A stretch of 63,047 nucleotides of DNA, counting the filler, from Octopus bimaculoides (lineage: Eukaryota): NCBI RefSeq assembly GCF_001194135.2. It is 11 parts of 10 records of this genome, joined end to end, with 100 filler letters (N's around TTAATTAATTAA, not from the genome) between each part and the next. Parts side by side here need not be neighbours in the genome. Positions count along the whole stretch, not along the records: positions 1 to 11,066 come from NC_068990.1; positions 11,167 to 15,346 come from NC_068998.1; 9 more parts are not named here. The stretch is one strand, 5' to 3'. Shown in pieces: positions 1 through 12,586 of the stretch. The notes under the pieces are model-generated. The model made no database searches and was not told where the DNA came from. It was given only the letters and a program-made list of their open reading frames with translations. Each line of letters starts with the position of its first letter. Positions within the stretch are counted from its first letter, which is position 1. The translations under genes and the position numbers were made by a program.

Positions 1-667
1 ACATATACACATACATACATACATACATGCACACACACATACGCTATTGAAACAGAATCGTTATCTCGCGACTCATGTTTCCATTGTGATCTTCTCTTAT
101 GTAGACAGCTTAGACTTATGATTTCTTTGAATAAGACTCGTGGCAGGCATAACTTGGACACAGTTAACTCATATATAGTAAATTTGAATCTATCTGCAAT
201 ATCGAATTCTTTGACCTCTAATTAATCGAAATATGAGAGAGATTCTGATGCTATGTTACATCCATTTGTTAGCTATTTGGAGGGGTTTTTCGATTGAATC
301 ATTCATATAATGTCAATGCTATATATTTACCAATTAACCCTAATATTAATACATACACACCCACCCTCACACATATGTGTGTGTCATTAAATACACGACT
401 ATGTTAAAGTTTTATCTTTTAAATTTTAAATTTTTCATATATTGTTATCAGCTTTTTCTTGCTGAATAGTTAAATATCTCACGTATACGAAGATATTTTA
501 ATTATATATTTAGAGTGTGCAAAAAAAAAAAAAAAAAAATGTAGTATCGGCAATATAAGAATCTCTGAAGAATCAAAGGATGAATGAACTTCCAAGGATG
601 AATGAACCAAAACGCAACTTCATTGTCAACAAATAACTTTTAAGAAGTTATTATTTCCTTCCTAAAT

Positions 668-867
668 AAGGCGGCGAACTCGTAGAGAGAAAATGCTTAG
701 CGGCACTTCGTCCGTCTTTGCGTTCTGAGTTTAGATTCCGCCGAGGTCGACTTTGCTTTTCACCCTTCCTTGATAGATAAAATAAGTAATAGGTAAACAC
801 CTAGGTCAATGTAATCGTCTAGTTACACTCCGGCGAAATTGCTGGCATTGTGCCAAAATTTTAAACC
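668..867 (+). mobile_element. tRNA-derived SINE, family A (GGCGGCGAGCTGGCAGAA head)
   Basis: Homologous to copies at 11475, 28461, 50731, 54281 and 61207. Shares the B-box-like TTCTGAGTT(C/T)A(A/G)ATTCCGCC segment and the GTGCCAAAATTT(G/T)AAACC tail. Confidence 0.8.
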
Positions 868-900
868 ATCATTACACCAACAAATTATCTTAATTGTGAA

Positions 901-1278
901 AGTTTCACTTCCGAGTACGAACAATTAAAATAAAGTATACACAACAAACGTCTCATTCATAGATCGCTAAATAAAAGTACAAGAAAAAAATATGTAAGAT
1001 TAAATAATACAAACAAAGATAAAGAAACGACATAAGCAAAGATAAGTTAAATATGCAAGAATAAATCAAAATATAAGCAGCCAAACATACAGTCATGACA
1101 GAAACATTAGCAACACAATAACAAATAGAAAAATATAAAGACAATTTGCGAAGAACAACACATGTAAGACCAAAAACTTACAGGAACGTTGTTGAAACAA
1201 AGTTTTCATTAACATAAACATTCTTTGTTTATTTCAGATCTATTATCATTTTTACCCTTCGTTTTCACTTCCAAATTT
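901..1278 (-). repeat. ~380-bp unclassified dispersed repeat, inverted partner of 4286-4692
   Basis: The reverse complement aligns along its length to 4286-4692. The ORF-track peptides at 953-1144(-) and 4394-4591(+) are near-identical for this reason. Confidence 0.85.
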
Positions 1279-1399
1279 TTGCTTTTTTATTAGAGTGACC
1301 TATTTCTTCATCATTAATCCTGACAAATGAAAAATAAATATAAGCCTTAAAAGTTTATAGATAACGATCGTTATCTGCATTTTGTTTCCTCTTCATATG

Positions 1400-1775
1400 T
1401 TTGTGGTGTATTATTGAAAAGCAGGTTTTTGATTGATTTATCTGGTATCGAAGAAATATATTTCGATATCGTTTGAAGGTTACAGCATCTTTTTCTTTGA
1501 TTTGCTTTACGATAATATTAAATAGAGCAGGGCCTGTCGTGGAGGAGCAATTATATTGCAATGTAGTCATGTGTTGTGAGCCTGATTTACGTAGGTGGGG
1601 CGTATCGTACGAGTAACCAGCCTTCGATTGATCTGTGAACTTGATGTTAAGGCTGTTTGGGGATGGCTGGTGCTATATTCTTTACATTATGCATAAGATC
1701 TTGTGCTCAAGATGGCATTGGAGAGAATAGAGTATCAATGTTTTTAGGCGCTCCCAATAATTAAGATCAGTCATC
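1400..1775 (-). mobile_element. CR1-clade LINE, ORF2 C-terminal fragment (decayed)
   Basis: Translates LNYWERLKTLILYSLQ...GPALFNII...TFKR, matching the CR1/L2-group C-terminal pattern LxYxERLxxLxLxSL...GPxLFNxLP. Contains stops. Confidence 0.75.
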
Positions 1776-1922
1776 ACACACACACACACATACATATACA
1801 CACACATGTATATATTATTAATACAAACATATATTAACACATATGTGTGTATATTTATGAGAGAGAAGGATGAAAATAAAAACAAAGCTAACAAGGATAA
1901 GCAATTTGTAGGCTCGCACAGG

Positions 1923-2003
<81 letters not shown>

Positions 2004-2206
2004 GCACGTAGTCATAGGAATCGTATATACCTGCATATATGCATACATCACCTACTCATATAGACACTGAACTAGAACACAAACACACACACAACATACT
2101 CAAATCCAGATGAATCATACAGACGTGCACTTCTACGCACACATACACACACACCCGACGCACGTACGCACTCATATACACACACAGACAAACACTCGCA
2201 CATACA

Positions 2207-2291
<85 letters not shown>
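1776..2291. repeat. (CA)n microsatellites and CA-rich degenerate tract
   Basis: Pure (CA)n at about 1925-1999 and 2208-2291. Confidence 0.95.
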
Positions 2292-2293
<2 letters not shown>

Positions 2294-2483
2294 AAATCTA
2301 TTAATACTGAAATAAAAGGATATGCGTTGTGACAGAGCTGGAGCAGACGAGAATACGTTTTTGATGAGGTCAAGAATGATGACGAAAAGACTCTGACAAA
2401 CCAACTGATAGGTTGATTGAACCAATGATCAAGTGATCAATTTCTTAATTGGTTAATTAGTTGGTTAGCTAGTTGACTAATAA

Positions 2484-2702
2484 TTGGTTCGAATTTTGGC
2501 ACAAGGCCAGTAATTTTCACAGGAGCGGATAGCTGATTATGCCGACATTAGGACTTGACTGCTGATTTATTTTATCGATCTCAAAATGATGAAAAACAAA
2601 GTTAACCTCGGCGGGATTTGAATTCAGAATGTAAAGGGCCAAAAGAAATAGTGGTAAATATTTTATCCGACACGCTAACGATTCTTCTAGCTCACTGCTT
2701 TA
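2484..2702 (-). mobile_element. tRNA-derived SINE, family A (diverged)
   Basis: Reverse complement of the family A head and tail (TTTTGGCACAAGGCCAG ... CACGCTAACGATTCTTCTAGCTC). Confidence 0.75.
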
Positions 2703-2735
2703 ATTAATTACCTAATAATAATAATAATAATAATA

Positions 2736-2776
<41 letters not shown>

Positions 2777-4285
2777 AATCAAAGGAGGTGAAATAGAACT
2801 ACTGTGTGCTTTAATTGACAAAATAACCCTCCCAGGATGTTTACTGTTTATATTTTGCTTATTGTCGAATAACAATCTTTATCCTTAATTATTCGTTCAC
2901 AACGAATAATTGGTAAATTACTCTTCCTTCATCTTTGATTTCATATTTGAGTTTTTCTTTTTTTAATTATCTTTTGCTCCATTCCACCTTATTGTAACTT
3001 CCGTGATTGTATTCTTGGCTGATTTAATCCGGTAGGATACTTGGTTGGGAGTATTACGGAATGTAAAAGAGACCCCCCCCACCAAAAAAAAAAAAAGAAG
3101 CTTAAAGCGAAATTAAGGAAACAATAATGAAGCANNNNNNNNNNNNNNNNNNNNNNNNNNNNNNNNNNNNNNNNNNNNNNNNNNNAAAAAAAAAAAAAAA
3201 GAAGCTTAAAGCGAAATTAAGGAAACAATAATGAAGCATGAAACGAATAACGTTACTATTGGCATAAAAAAAAAGAATATTTCGCTTTATGACTACTGAG
3301 CTTTAATCCTGCGATCTGAATGTTATAAAAGCGGAGATATTTAAACTTTAATAAGGATTGCTTGTTTTCTTCGTTTAGTAATATTCTTTGCCCTTAATGT
3401 TTGTGTATAGCATTAATTCTTAATCTTTAATCCTTCGTTTTTCGGAATTTTATTCATACTTGTTCTTAATCTTTGGCTTCATTGCTTGTCTTTCTGCTAA
3501 GATATTAGTTATTCAATTGTGATTGTAGTCGTGCTTGTATATATTGTATTTTAATTCTGTTTACAACTGTAAAATAATAATAATAATGATAATAAAAAAA
3601 ATGGCAAATAGATAAACGGTAGCTTAAAGTTAAATTTTCGGAATTGAAATAAATTAATAATGGAATAAAAATGAACAAATCATGGCTATTCATCTCAACT
3701 ACTGTTCTTTCAATGTTTTCTTTTACACCTTAGTCATCTATTATTTTGTTATTTTGTGATATCTTCAACTGCAGTTGTTTCGTTGGTTGCCTACATTTCC
3801 TTTTCTTGTTGATAAAATATGTTACAAAAATGAAAAAAATTGGATTATGAAAGGAAAGAAATAAAGAAAAACAAAGAATATTAACTCTTCTGAACACATG
3901 ATTTAAATTACCTCTTGTGTATGTATTGATATCGGTAGTAATGGCGGCGTTGGTAGTGGCGGGAAATACACAATATACAACTGGATTTGTTCTATCTTAA
4001 AGTGCTTATTCTTTGTTCTTCATGTGCAGTTAGTTTTTCTAAACGATTGTTTATGTTATTAGTTTGTGATAATAGCTCTTGTATTTGCATTATTTTTTGT
4101 AGACATTGGACGACCTGTTTGGTGATATTCTCAGCCCCTTCTCCGATGACTGTATTGTTGTTTTATTTTGGCTATTAATTTTTTTAATTATCTATAATTG
4201 ATTATTCCTGTTTTAAGGAACATTTATTCTTCGTCTTTAAACGCTAATGATCATGAAATAGGGCAGCCTAATGAAAAAGTGAAAG

Positions 4286-4692
4286 TTTGGAAATGGAACT
4301 GAAGTACAACAATAATAGATCTGAAATAAACAAGAATGTTTACCTTAATGAAAAATTTGTTTCAACAACGTTCCTGCAAGTTCTTGGTCTTAGATGTATT
4401 GTTCGTCACACTTATTGTTCTTCGTACTTATACTTATTATTTGTTATCGTGTTGCTAATGTTTCTGTCATGATTGTATGTTTGGCTGCTTATGTTTTGAT
4501 TCATATTTGCATATTCGTTTTATCTTTGTTTATGGTGTTTCTTTATCTTTGTTTGTATTATTTAGTCTTTCATTTTTTCCTTGTATTTTGATTTAGCGAT
4601 CTGTGAATGAAGTGTTCGTTGTGCATACTTTATTTTAATTTTTAGTACAAGTGTTGAAAATAATATAGATATGCCGACTCAGAAGTGAAACT
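4286..4692 (+). repeat. ~400-bp unclassified dispersed repeat, inverted partner of 901-1278
   Basis: See 901-1278. Confidence 0.85.
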
Positions 4693-4869
4693 ATAAAAAA
4701 AAAAAACGAAATAATTTATGGGAATAATGATGACATTTTAAAAGTTATATGTTGAAGCTTTCTTTCTTCAGATACTCTTATAATTCTGGTAATTGATTTG
4801 TTTTCGTAAACTACAAATAGTGGAGGCGCAATGGCCTAGTGGTTAGGGCCATTAAACATATACATATAA

Positions 4870-4916
<47 letters not shown>

Positions 4917-5492
4917 CACATATATATACATATATATATAAATACATATACGTATGTATATATATATATGTATATGTATATACATACATACATATATATA
5001 TATTTATNNNNNNNNNNNNNNNNNNNNNNNNNNNNNNNNNNNNNNNNNNNNNNNNNNNNNNNNNNNNNNNNNNNNNNNNNNNNNNNNNNNNNNNNNNNNN
5101 NNNNNNNNNNNNNNNNNNNNNNNNNNNNNNNNNNNNNNNNNNNNNNNNNNNNNNNNNNNNNNNNNNNNNNNNNNNNNNNNNNNNNNNNNNNNNNNNNNNN
5201 NNNNNNNNNNNNNNNNNNNNNNNNNNNNNNNNNNNNNNNNNNNNNNNNNNNNNNNNNNNNNNNNNNNNNNNNNNNNNNNNNNNNNNNNNNNNNNNNNNNN
5301 NNNNNNNNNNNNNNNNNNNNNNNNNNNNNNNNNNNNNNNNNNNNNNNNNNNNNNNNNNNNNNNNNNNNNNNNNNNNNNNNNNNNNNNNNNNNNNNNNNNN
5401 NNNNNNNNNNNNNNNNNAGACGTAAAACCATCTTTCTTTCCTTCCTTGAGCGTCTACTAATACTTTACCACATCCTCGCGTTATTGGTTTTT

Positions 5493-5597
5493 TTGTGTGA
5501 GCGTGTGCGTGTGTGAACGTGTGCGTGTGTGAACGCGTGCGTGTGTGAACGTGTGCGTGTGTGAACGTGTGCGTGTGTGAACGTGTGCGTGTGTGTG
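5493..5597 (+). repeat. 16-bp minisatellite (GTGTGTGAACGTGTGC) x~6
   Basis: Tandem units directly visible. Confidence 0.9.
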
Positions 5598-5764
5598 TCT
5601 GTGTTCCAGCTTGTCCGTCTACCGCTGGTCAACCGGTGTTGCTTTGTTTAGGTTCCTGAAACTTACGGTTTAAAAAAAGTAGTAGGATCGATTCGTTCGA
5701 CTAAAACTCTTCAAAGTGCCCCAACATGACCGTATCCAATGACTGGAGCAAGTAAACGATAAAA
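5598..5764 (+). mobile_element. 3' half of a family B-like SINE (diverged)
   Basis: GATCGATTCGTTCGACTAAA...GTGCCCCAACATGACCG...ATGACTGG resembles the family B tail at 35380-35440. Confidence 0.55.
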
Positions 5765-7244
5765 TATATCTCCTTACTAAACATACAGTGCTGCCATTGC
5801 AATGGAGCTTATTTCTCTGACGCTGACAGTGAATAACTCTTGCTTTACTGACGTGTTATCTAATTAAAAGGATTGCAAATTAATCAACATCAAACATCGT
5901 CACTGACCGTCATATTTAATTAATCACATGAAATATTAAATAGAGGAGAAAAGAAAAAAAGAAAAATTCATACATAATTTTAGTTTCTGGGATATTTATT
6001 TTTCGAAGACATAATGTTTGTTCTTGATTGGTTTATGTTGATCTTTTTATTTTCGTTATTATGAAATACACAGCATTACCGCAATTTTCTCCATCAACAT
6101 CATTATTCGTCGTCACGTCTCATACGTTTTTGTAAACGCGTTGATGACACTACAACAGAAGTCTCCGATGACGCACGTTATGAAGCAATGACGTTACCTC
6201 GTCCTCATATTCTCAGTGTCATTCTTGGCAGAGATATAGGGATGGTTTCCCATTGCTTTCCCCAAATGGGGAGCTCATCCGCCCTTCAATAGACATTGCT
6301 TTTAGCCCTGCTGGATGTCCAGACATTATCCTCACAAGGGTAGCAAGCTATTGAAGAAGGGGAGCCAGTTTAGTTGCCAGCCACCTGACCATGAAACAGT
6401 TAGTATTGGTTTATATGGTATGAATAGCAGGTCTCACCAGCCTCTAATGAGAACCCTGACCTGGCATCATTATTAGCATCATCACTTTGCCAATGCGATC
6501 GTTATCATCAATATTACTGTCATGCATTTAAAACATAACACCCTTCATACAACACATACTAAACAAAAAAGGTCACCGAACAGTATAAGACAACTCATTT
6601 TCCACATTTTCTACACGAGTGACGGAACACAACAATAAAGCCAAAAAGGGTAAATTAAGTCCCATTGCAAAGCAAAAGCGATGTAATGTACCAACACAAT
6701 TCTATGTTCTTACACGACAATGTTCCGCGTCAGAAATACGGTAGTGAAAACTGTAGGGCAACAGTTTATCATATAAATCTGTTGAACACGCAGTGATAAT
6801 ATAACTACAATGATTTCTATCATTGATGCAAGGTTTCAGATTTATAGGGTGGGATATTGGCGATTTCATCGACACCAATTCTTGAGTAGCACTTATTTAA
6901 TTAACGCCTTGGAAAGTTCATCACAGGAATTTGAGCGGTGCTATAAAACTTAGTTACAATATAAAGCTTTATAGCTATGATATAAAATCTATTATCTGTG
7001 AATAAAACTTTATAACTGTGATATCAAGACAGAATTTGTGACTGGCAAATGAGATGGGGTCACCTTAAAGAGTGATAGGTTAACCAATGCAGAAAACATC
7101 TGAAAATGGTATCAGTCTGATGCAAAAGAAACTGGGAACAGATATATGCGGATCAACAAATGCAAACAGATCCAGTGTAGTGGAGAGAAAGAACTAAACC
7201 AAGAGGAATATACGCAGGAGACTACATGTATACAGACATATATT

Positions 7245-7285
<41 letters not shown>

Positions 7286-7839
7286 ATATTATTAGGGACA
7301 AAATCCAAAATTATCTATATACCCTNNNNNNNNNNNNNNNNNNNNNNNNNNNNNNNNNNNNNNNNNNNNNNNNNNNNNNNNNNNNNNNNNNNNNNNNNNN
7401 NNNNNNNNNNNNNNNNNNNNNNNNNNNNNNNNNNNNNNNNNNNNNNNNNNNNNNNNNNNNNNNNNNNNNNNNNNNNNNNNNNNNNNNNNNNNNNNNNNNN
7501 NNNNNNNNNNNNNNNNNNNNNNNNNNNNNNNNNNNNNNNNNNNNNNNNNNNNNNNNNNNNNNNNNNNNNNNNNNNNNNNNNNNNNNNNNNNNNNNNNNNN
7601 NNNNNNNNNNNNNNNNNNNNNNNNNNNNNNNNNNNNNNNNNNNNNNNNNNNNNNNNNNNNNNNNNNNNNNNNNNNNNNNNNNNNNNNNNNNNNNNNNNNN
7701 NNNNNNNNNNNNNNNNNNNNNNNNNNNNNNNNNNNNNNNNNNNNNNNNNNNNNNNNNNNNNNNNNNNNNNNNNNNNNNNNNNNNNNNNNNNNNNNNNNNN
7801 NNNNNNNNNNNNNNNNNNNNNNNNNNNNNNNNNNNNNNN

Positions 7840-7888
<49 letters not shown>

Positions 7889-8340
7889 GAAAGTGATCGG
7901 AATCGTTGACATGAGAGCTATATTTTCTCACAGAAGTGATGAATAAAATAAGTGAATCTCCGAACGGCAAAGTAAATTATGCGATAGATACTTTCATAGA
8001 TCGAATAGAATAAAATTTCATAAAAGCAGGGTGAATTAAACTAAACTAAATTAAGTTAAACTAAATTGAATTAACAAGTAACTATAGACTTTAAGTCTGG
8101 TTGCTGAATCAATTATTGAACATTAGCATCTTATCTGGCAACATGGCCCAGAGTCCATACTATTTGTTAATATGTTTTAAGGTAATCTACTATTGTCTGA
8201 TTCTGTTATACTATTTAATGTGTCTTTCAGTCCATTCACTTTACAATATTACAATTCCCTTATGTTATTTTATCCATCAGTGCACCCATTACTTTCATTA
8301 GCTACCGCTGTTCATCGTATTTCTCTACCGATCGCATTTT

Positions 8341-8408
<68 letters not shown>

Positions 8409-8463
8409 CCTGTCTGTCTGTCTGTCTGTCTGTCTGTTTCTCTCTCTCTCTCTCTCTCTCTCT
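8341..8463. repeat. (CTAT)n(CTGT)n(CT)n compound microsatellite
   Basis: Directly visible. Confidence 0.95.
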
Positions 8464-10954
8464 ATGGTAAATGACGATAGCGAGGAGAAGAAAAAGGGGC
8501 CTCTCCCCGTTTTCCCGATCAGGTTGTGTTGCATAAGCATTCGATGTTACTTTTCTCCGCCATGCTCTACACATTTCTTCTGGTTTAGAGATATACCCGT
8601 GTTTCCAATTGTTATCAAGACTATCAACATGCAATGCTTGTATTTTAATAATCCATGATTAAATCTATCGAAAGTCCTTCAAATTTTTTTCTGAAGACAC
8701 AAATAGGATTGTTTAGGTGAATTTCTCATTGAATCTCACTAAAATCGGAAAACATTTCAACTTCATGCATATTCTTAATAGTTTTAGTTTCCTATTCTTG
8801 AGTGCATGTGTGTGTATATACCTGAATGCATGCGTGTACGTGTAAATGTGTATATGTATGGATAGACGTATGTTTGAGCATGTGGGCGTAAAAGTGTGTA
8901 TATTTATATATGAGTAGGTATTTATGTGTATATGTGTGTGTTTGTTCAAGGAAATTATTGAGCAGAGAGAATTTTTAAAAAATGAACAAATGCTAAAACA
9001 GATACGAGAAGAATGGTCTACAAAGAGAAATCTGGTGAAAATATAATGAAAAAGTCTTGCTGGAATTTGCATTCTGTTTTCTGAGAGCTCAAGAAATAAC
9101 AGAAATAACCTTTGTGAAAGCAGAGGACATTGTAGTAAGATTTAAATTGATGGAACAAGCGATAGACAAATGTAACAGTTTATATTCTGAATTTGCAGCA
9201 AATGTTTAAAAAGAGAAAGGAAAGAAGTCTAGAACAAGATTTTTGTACAACAACGCAAAAGTATTATTGATGAATATATAAATATTTATTTTGTTCTTAG
9301 ATATAAAAAAAAATTATCCATCAAATTGTTTGAATGTCACATCTGCTATTTCAATTGAGTGACTACTTTGATTTCGTTCTTACTAGCTTTCATTATTTTG
9401 CTATTCAATCAGCACAACAATGTAAAGGTGAAGCGAGGGGCTCAGTGATAAGGTTATTGGATTCGCGATCATAAGAGGCTGCAGCTCTCGGCAGAATGTT
9501 AACCCGAAAAGCTACAAATGTAAGATGACAACGTGCTTTGAATACTGCGGCACACGACATGACTCAGCACAAATCTACACAGACACAGACGTACACACAT
9601 GTATACATACATCGTACATGTTATCATATACATATAATATACATACATACATATATATATGTATGTATATATACATATNNNNNNNNNNNNNNNNNNNNNN
9701 NNNNNNNNNNNNNNNNNNNNNNNNNNNNNNNNNNNNNNNNNNNNNNNNNNNNNNNNNNNNNNNNNNNNNNNNNNNNNNNNNNNNNNNNNNNNNNNNNNNN
9801 NNNAATATATAAACACATACATACATACATACATATGGATAAAAAGATATAGAGAGAATGATATAAATGAGTGTTTTATGTAAAATATATGTATAAAAGT
9901 TTTACACACAAACGCCCATTATATTTACAACTCTCTCTCCTTCCAACTATCTATCTATCCATCTATCTATCTATCTATCTATCTATGTACGGAGTGAGCG
10001 AGTGAGAGAGAAAATGAGAGAGAAAGAAAGAAAGAAAGAGATATAGAGAGAGTGGGAGAGAGAGATGTTTTCAATGGGTTGTCCAATGATTTTACGTATA
10101 GGAAAAAGTGATAAATAACCTTGTTTCTCAAATTATTATCTTAATACAATTAGATCTAAATTTAATGTTTCATATTTTCTTCTACATTTGCGTCTATAAA
10201 GCTGTCTCCGCCTGATTGTATTTCATAAATATAGAGTACCAGATAGTCAATTCATTGTCTTATTTATAAATAGTATATTGAAGTTATTGTCTTCATTAAA
10301 AATCATCTAAAGAGAGACGTAGCAAAAAAGAAAGAGAAAAGCAAAAAGGTAGAAACATGAATTGTGCAATTCTACTCCCTCTCGTCTCTACCTCACTGCT
10401 TTCTCTTTCGCTCTTAACCATTCCCTCTTTACTTCATTTGGAATGAAGACAATTGCATGAATATACTATTTATAAATAATGGAATGAATTGGCTATCTAT
10501 TATTCTGTGCTGATAAAACACAGTCATGCAGAAACATGTCTATAGATACAGACATGGAAGAAAATATGAAATGATAAATAAATTTATATTTAATTGTGTA
10601 AAGATAATAATCTGAGAAAAATGAATATTTTTTTTTTGTTACTTTACGTGCTTTCTTCCCCTACATGAAAAATGGACGGACCCAAACAACAATAAATCCA
10701 ATGAGAAAGAAATGAAGGACGGCTTTTACATAGAAGAAAAAGAAAATTAAATGAAGAGAAATTGAAACACTTGACAAAGGTCATAAGAAGTACAATGAAA
10801 AATATAAATCTATGTTATGAATTTTATATGAAAAGAGCATGTGTATGTGTATGTGCAGCTGTTTTACCTTTAGGACAGACAAATACTGAAGAATAAGCTG
10901 ATACGAAATAAGTCAGAAAATGGAATAATTTACACGACATCAATGTGCATGTGT

Positions 10955-10995
<41 letters not shown>

Positions 10996-11166
10996 TAAAT
11001 TACTACGGCACTCCGTCGAGGGTTCCGGTTGATCCGATCAACGGAACAGCCTGCTCATGAAATTAANNNNNNNNNNNNNNNNNNNNNNNNNNNNNNNNNN
11101 NNNNNNNNNNTTAATTAATTAANNNNNNNNNNNNNNNNNNNNNNNNNNNNNNNNNNNNNNNNNNNN

Positions 11167-11370
11167 GTAATTTCTGGTGGGGAGGCTTTGGTCTTGTGCA
11201 GCAATTAAAAACCCTTCAGTCTCTGCTTTGAGTGCTGGGCTTCTCAAGCATGGCTGGGATTTTTCTCTGTCTATTTCTTTTGCATTTAGTTTAGCCCAGT
11301 ATTTGCCATGAAGTGGCTTTTCTTGCCATCGTTTTATCATGGTCCGTTGCTGTTCTAGTTTTAGTTTGGA
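11167..11370 (-). mobile_element. R4/Dong-clade site-specific LINE fragment, 5'-truncated, abutting (TAA)n
   Basis: WQEKPLHGKY...LKAETEGFLIAAQDQSLPTRNY is the R4/Dong post-RT motif. The 5' junction runs into (TAA)n at 11371-11422. Confidence 0.8.
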
Positions 11371-11471
<101 letters not shown>

Positions 11472-11474
11472 TGT

Positions 11475-11674
11475 AAGGTGGTGAACTGGCAGACTCATTA
11501 GCATGCTGAGCAAAATGCTTAGTGGATTTTGTCTGAGTTCAAAATTTCACCGAAGTTGACTTTGTCTTTTATCGTTCCAGGGTTGATAAAATAAGCACCA
11601 GTTGAGCGTTGGGTCAATGTAATCGACTTACTCCTCCTCCTAAAATTGCTGGCCTTGTGCCAAAATTTGAAACC
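11475..11674 (+). mobile_element. tRNA-derived SINE, family A
   Basis: AAGGTGGTGAACTGGCAGA head through GTGCCAAAATTTGAAACC tail. Confidence 0.8.
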
Positions 11675-12365
11675 ATTATTATTATTATTGTTATTATTAT
11701 TATTTGACTCTCATAGTATAATGATGTCTGATTCTTCTTTTGAAACATTTTTCTCTAGCATTTCTTAATGAAATTTTCTTTGGGGTATTAGCTAAAAGGA
11801 CTACTATTGCATAAAGGGGTGCTGTTCTTGATAGCCTAGAACAGTCAACAGAAAAAAGTGGTTTCTGAAGCACATTACATTTTCGTGTTTAAAAGGGCTA
11901 ACCCACATAATTATGCTAGATGGCAAAACACTGCAATGGCTAAAATAAATAAATAAATAAATAAATAAATAAAATACAAAATCAAAACACAGGGCTAAAT
12001 GTTTTTTACTGTATGCTATTTTCTAGTACTCATTCTATATATAATCTCTGGCAGATTTTGGGTGGTGTGTTCTAAATGCACTTATTATTTACTTTGTTTT
12101 CCTGTCTAGTCTAGCTAGTTTATTTAACATCCATTTGAGGATATTCTAACTGTAACTTATGGTTAGGGCAGCTAGTATATTGATGCCTATTACTTTGTTT
12201 GCATTTAGCACTTCTGATTTAAATATTAATTGAATTCAAATACATTCCTTCCTTATCTTTCCTTTCATTTGTGTATGTATGCTCTACACTGTATAATTCA
12301 TTGATTCTCAAGTATTTGCATGTCTGTGTTTGGTGTAATTCTCTTATGTAGTTCCTTTATCTATT

Positions 12366-12586
12366 ACTAGCAGTATAGCCCGGCTTTGCCCGGGATTAAG
12401 TTGGGATTATTAAGCTAATCAAGTTCTTTATTTCAAACCAAACTAAGTAACATGACGTCAAATTTGGGCAGAATCAGTGTTGCAACTGGAGCGCATGGGT
12501 TGGGAGTTTGATCGGCAGAAGTGATCAGGTTACACATGCCATCCCTTTGAAAACACCACCGCCATCAACTAACCCCTCTTTGCTCA
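12366..12586 (+). mobile_element. Possible terminus of a non-autonomous rolling-circle (Helitron/Helentron-type) element
   Basis: Starts TACTAGCAGTATAGCCCGGCTTTGCCCGGG, with a CCCGG/CCGGG hairpin after ACTAG as seen at ends of such elements. The rest is lost in a gap. Confidence 0.35.

Noticed and set aside
2360-2402. TTGATGAG-GTCA...TGAC-GAAA hammerhead-like string
   Set aside because: C3 is mutated and there is no stem I complementarity adjacent to the core. No second copy in the window.
1682-2425. Long ORFs such as [17 protein letters not shown] here and at 42578-43227, 46470-48673, 55721-56591, 62358-62931, plus all X-rich ORFs
   Set aside because: Stop-free translation of dinucleotide microsatellites or N gaps.
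3085-3237. ~50-bp direct repeat on both sides of the gap at 3135-3185
   Set aside because: An identical gap-flanking duplication typical of unmerged contig overlap.
11111-11122. TTAATTAATTAA islands inside N runs (also 15391, 43972, 45319, 46470, 48059, 50323, 57074, 59624, 61930)
   Set aside because: An identical 12-mer centred in fixed-size gaps, with stops in all six frames. It is a scaffolding spacer, not biology.
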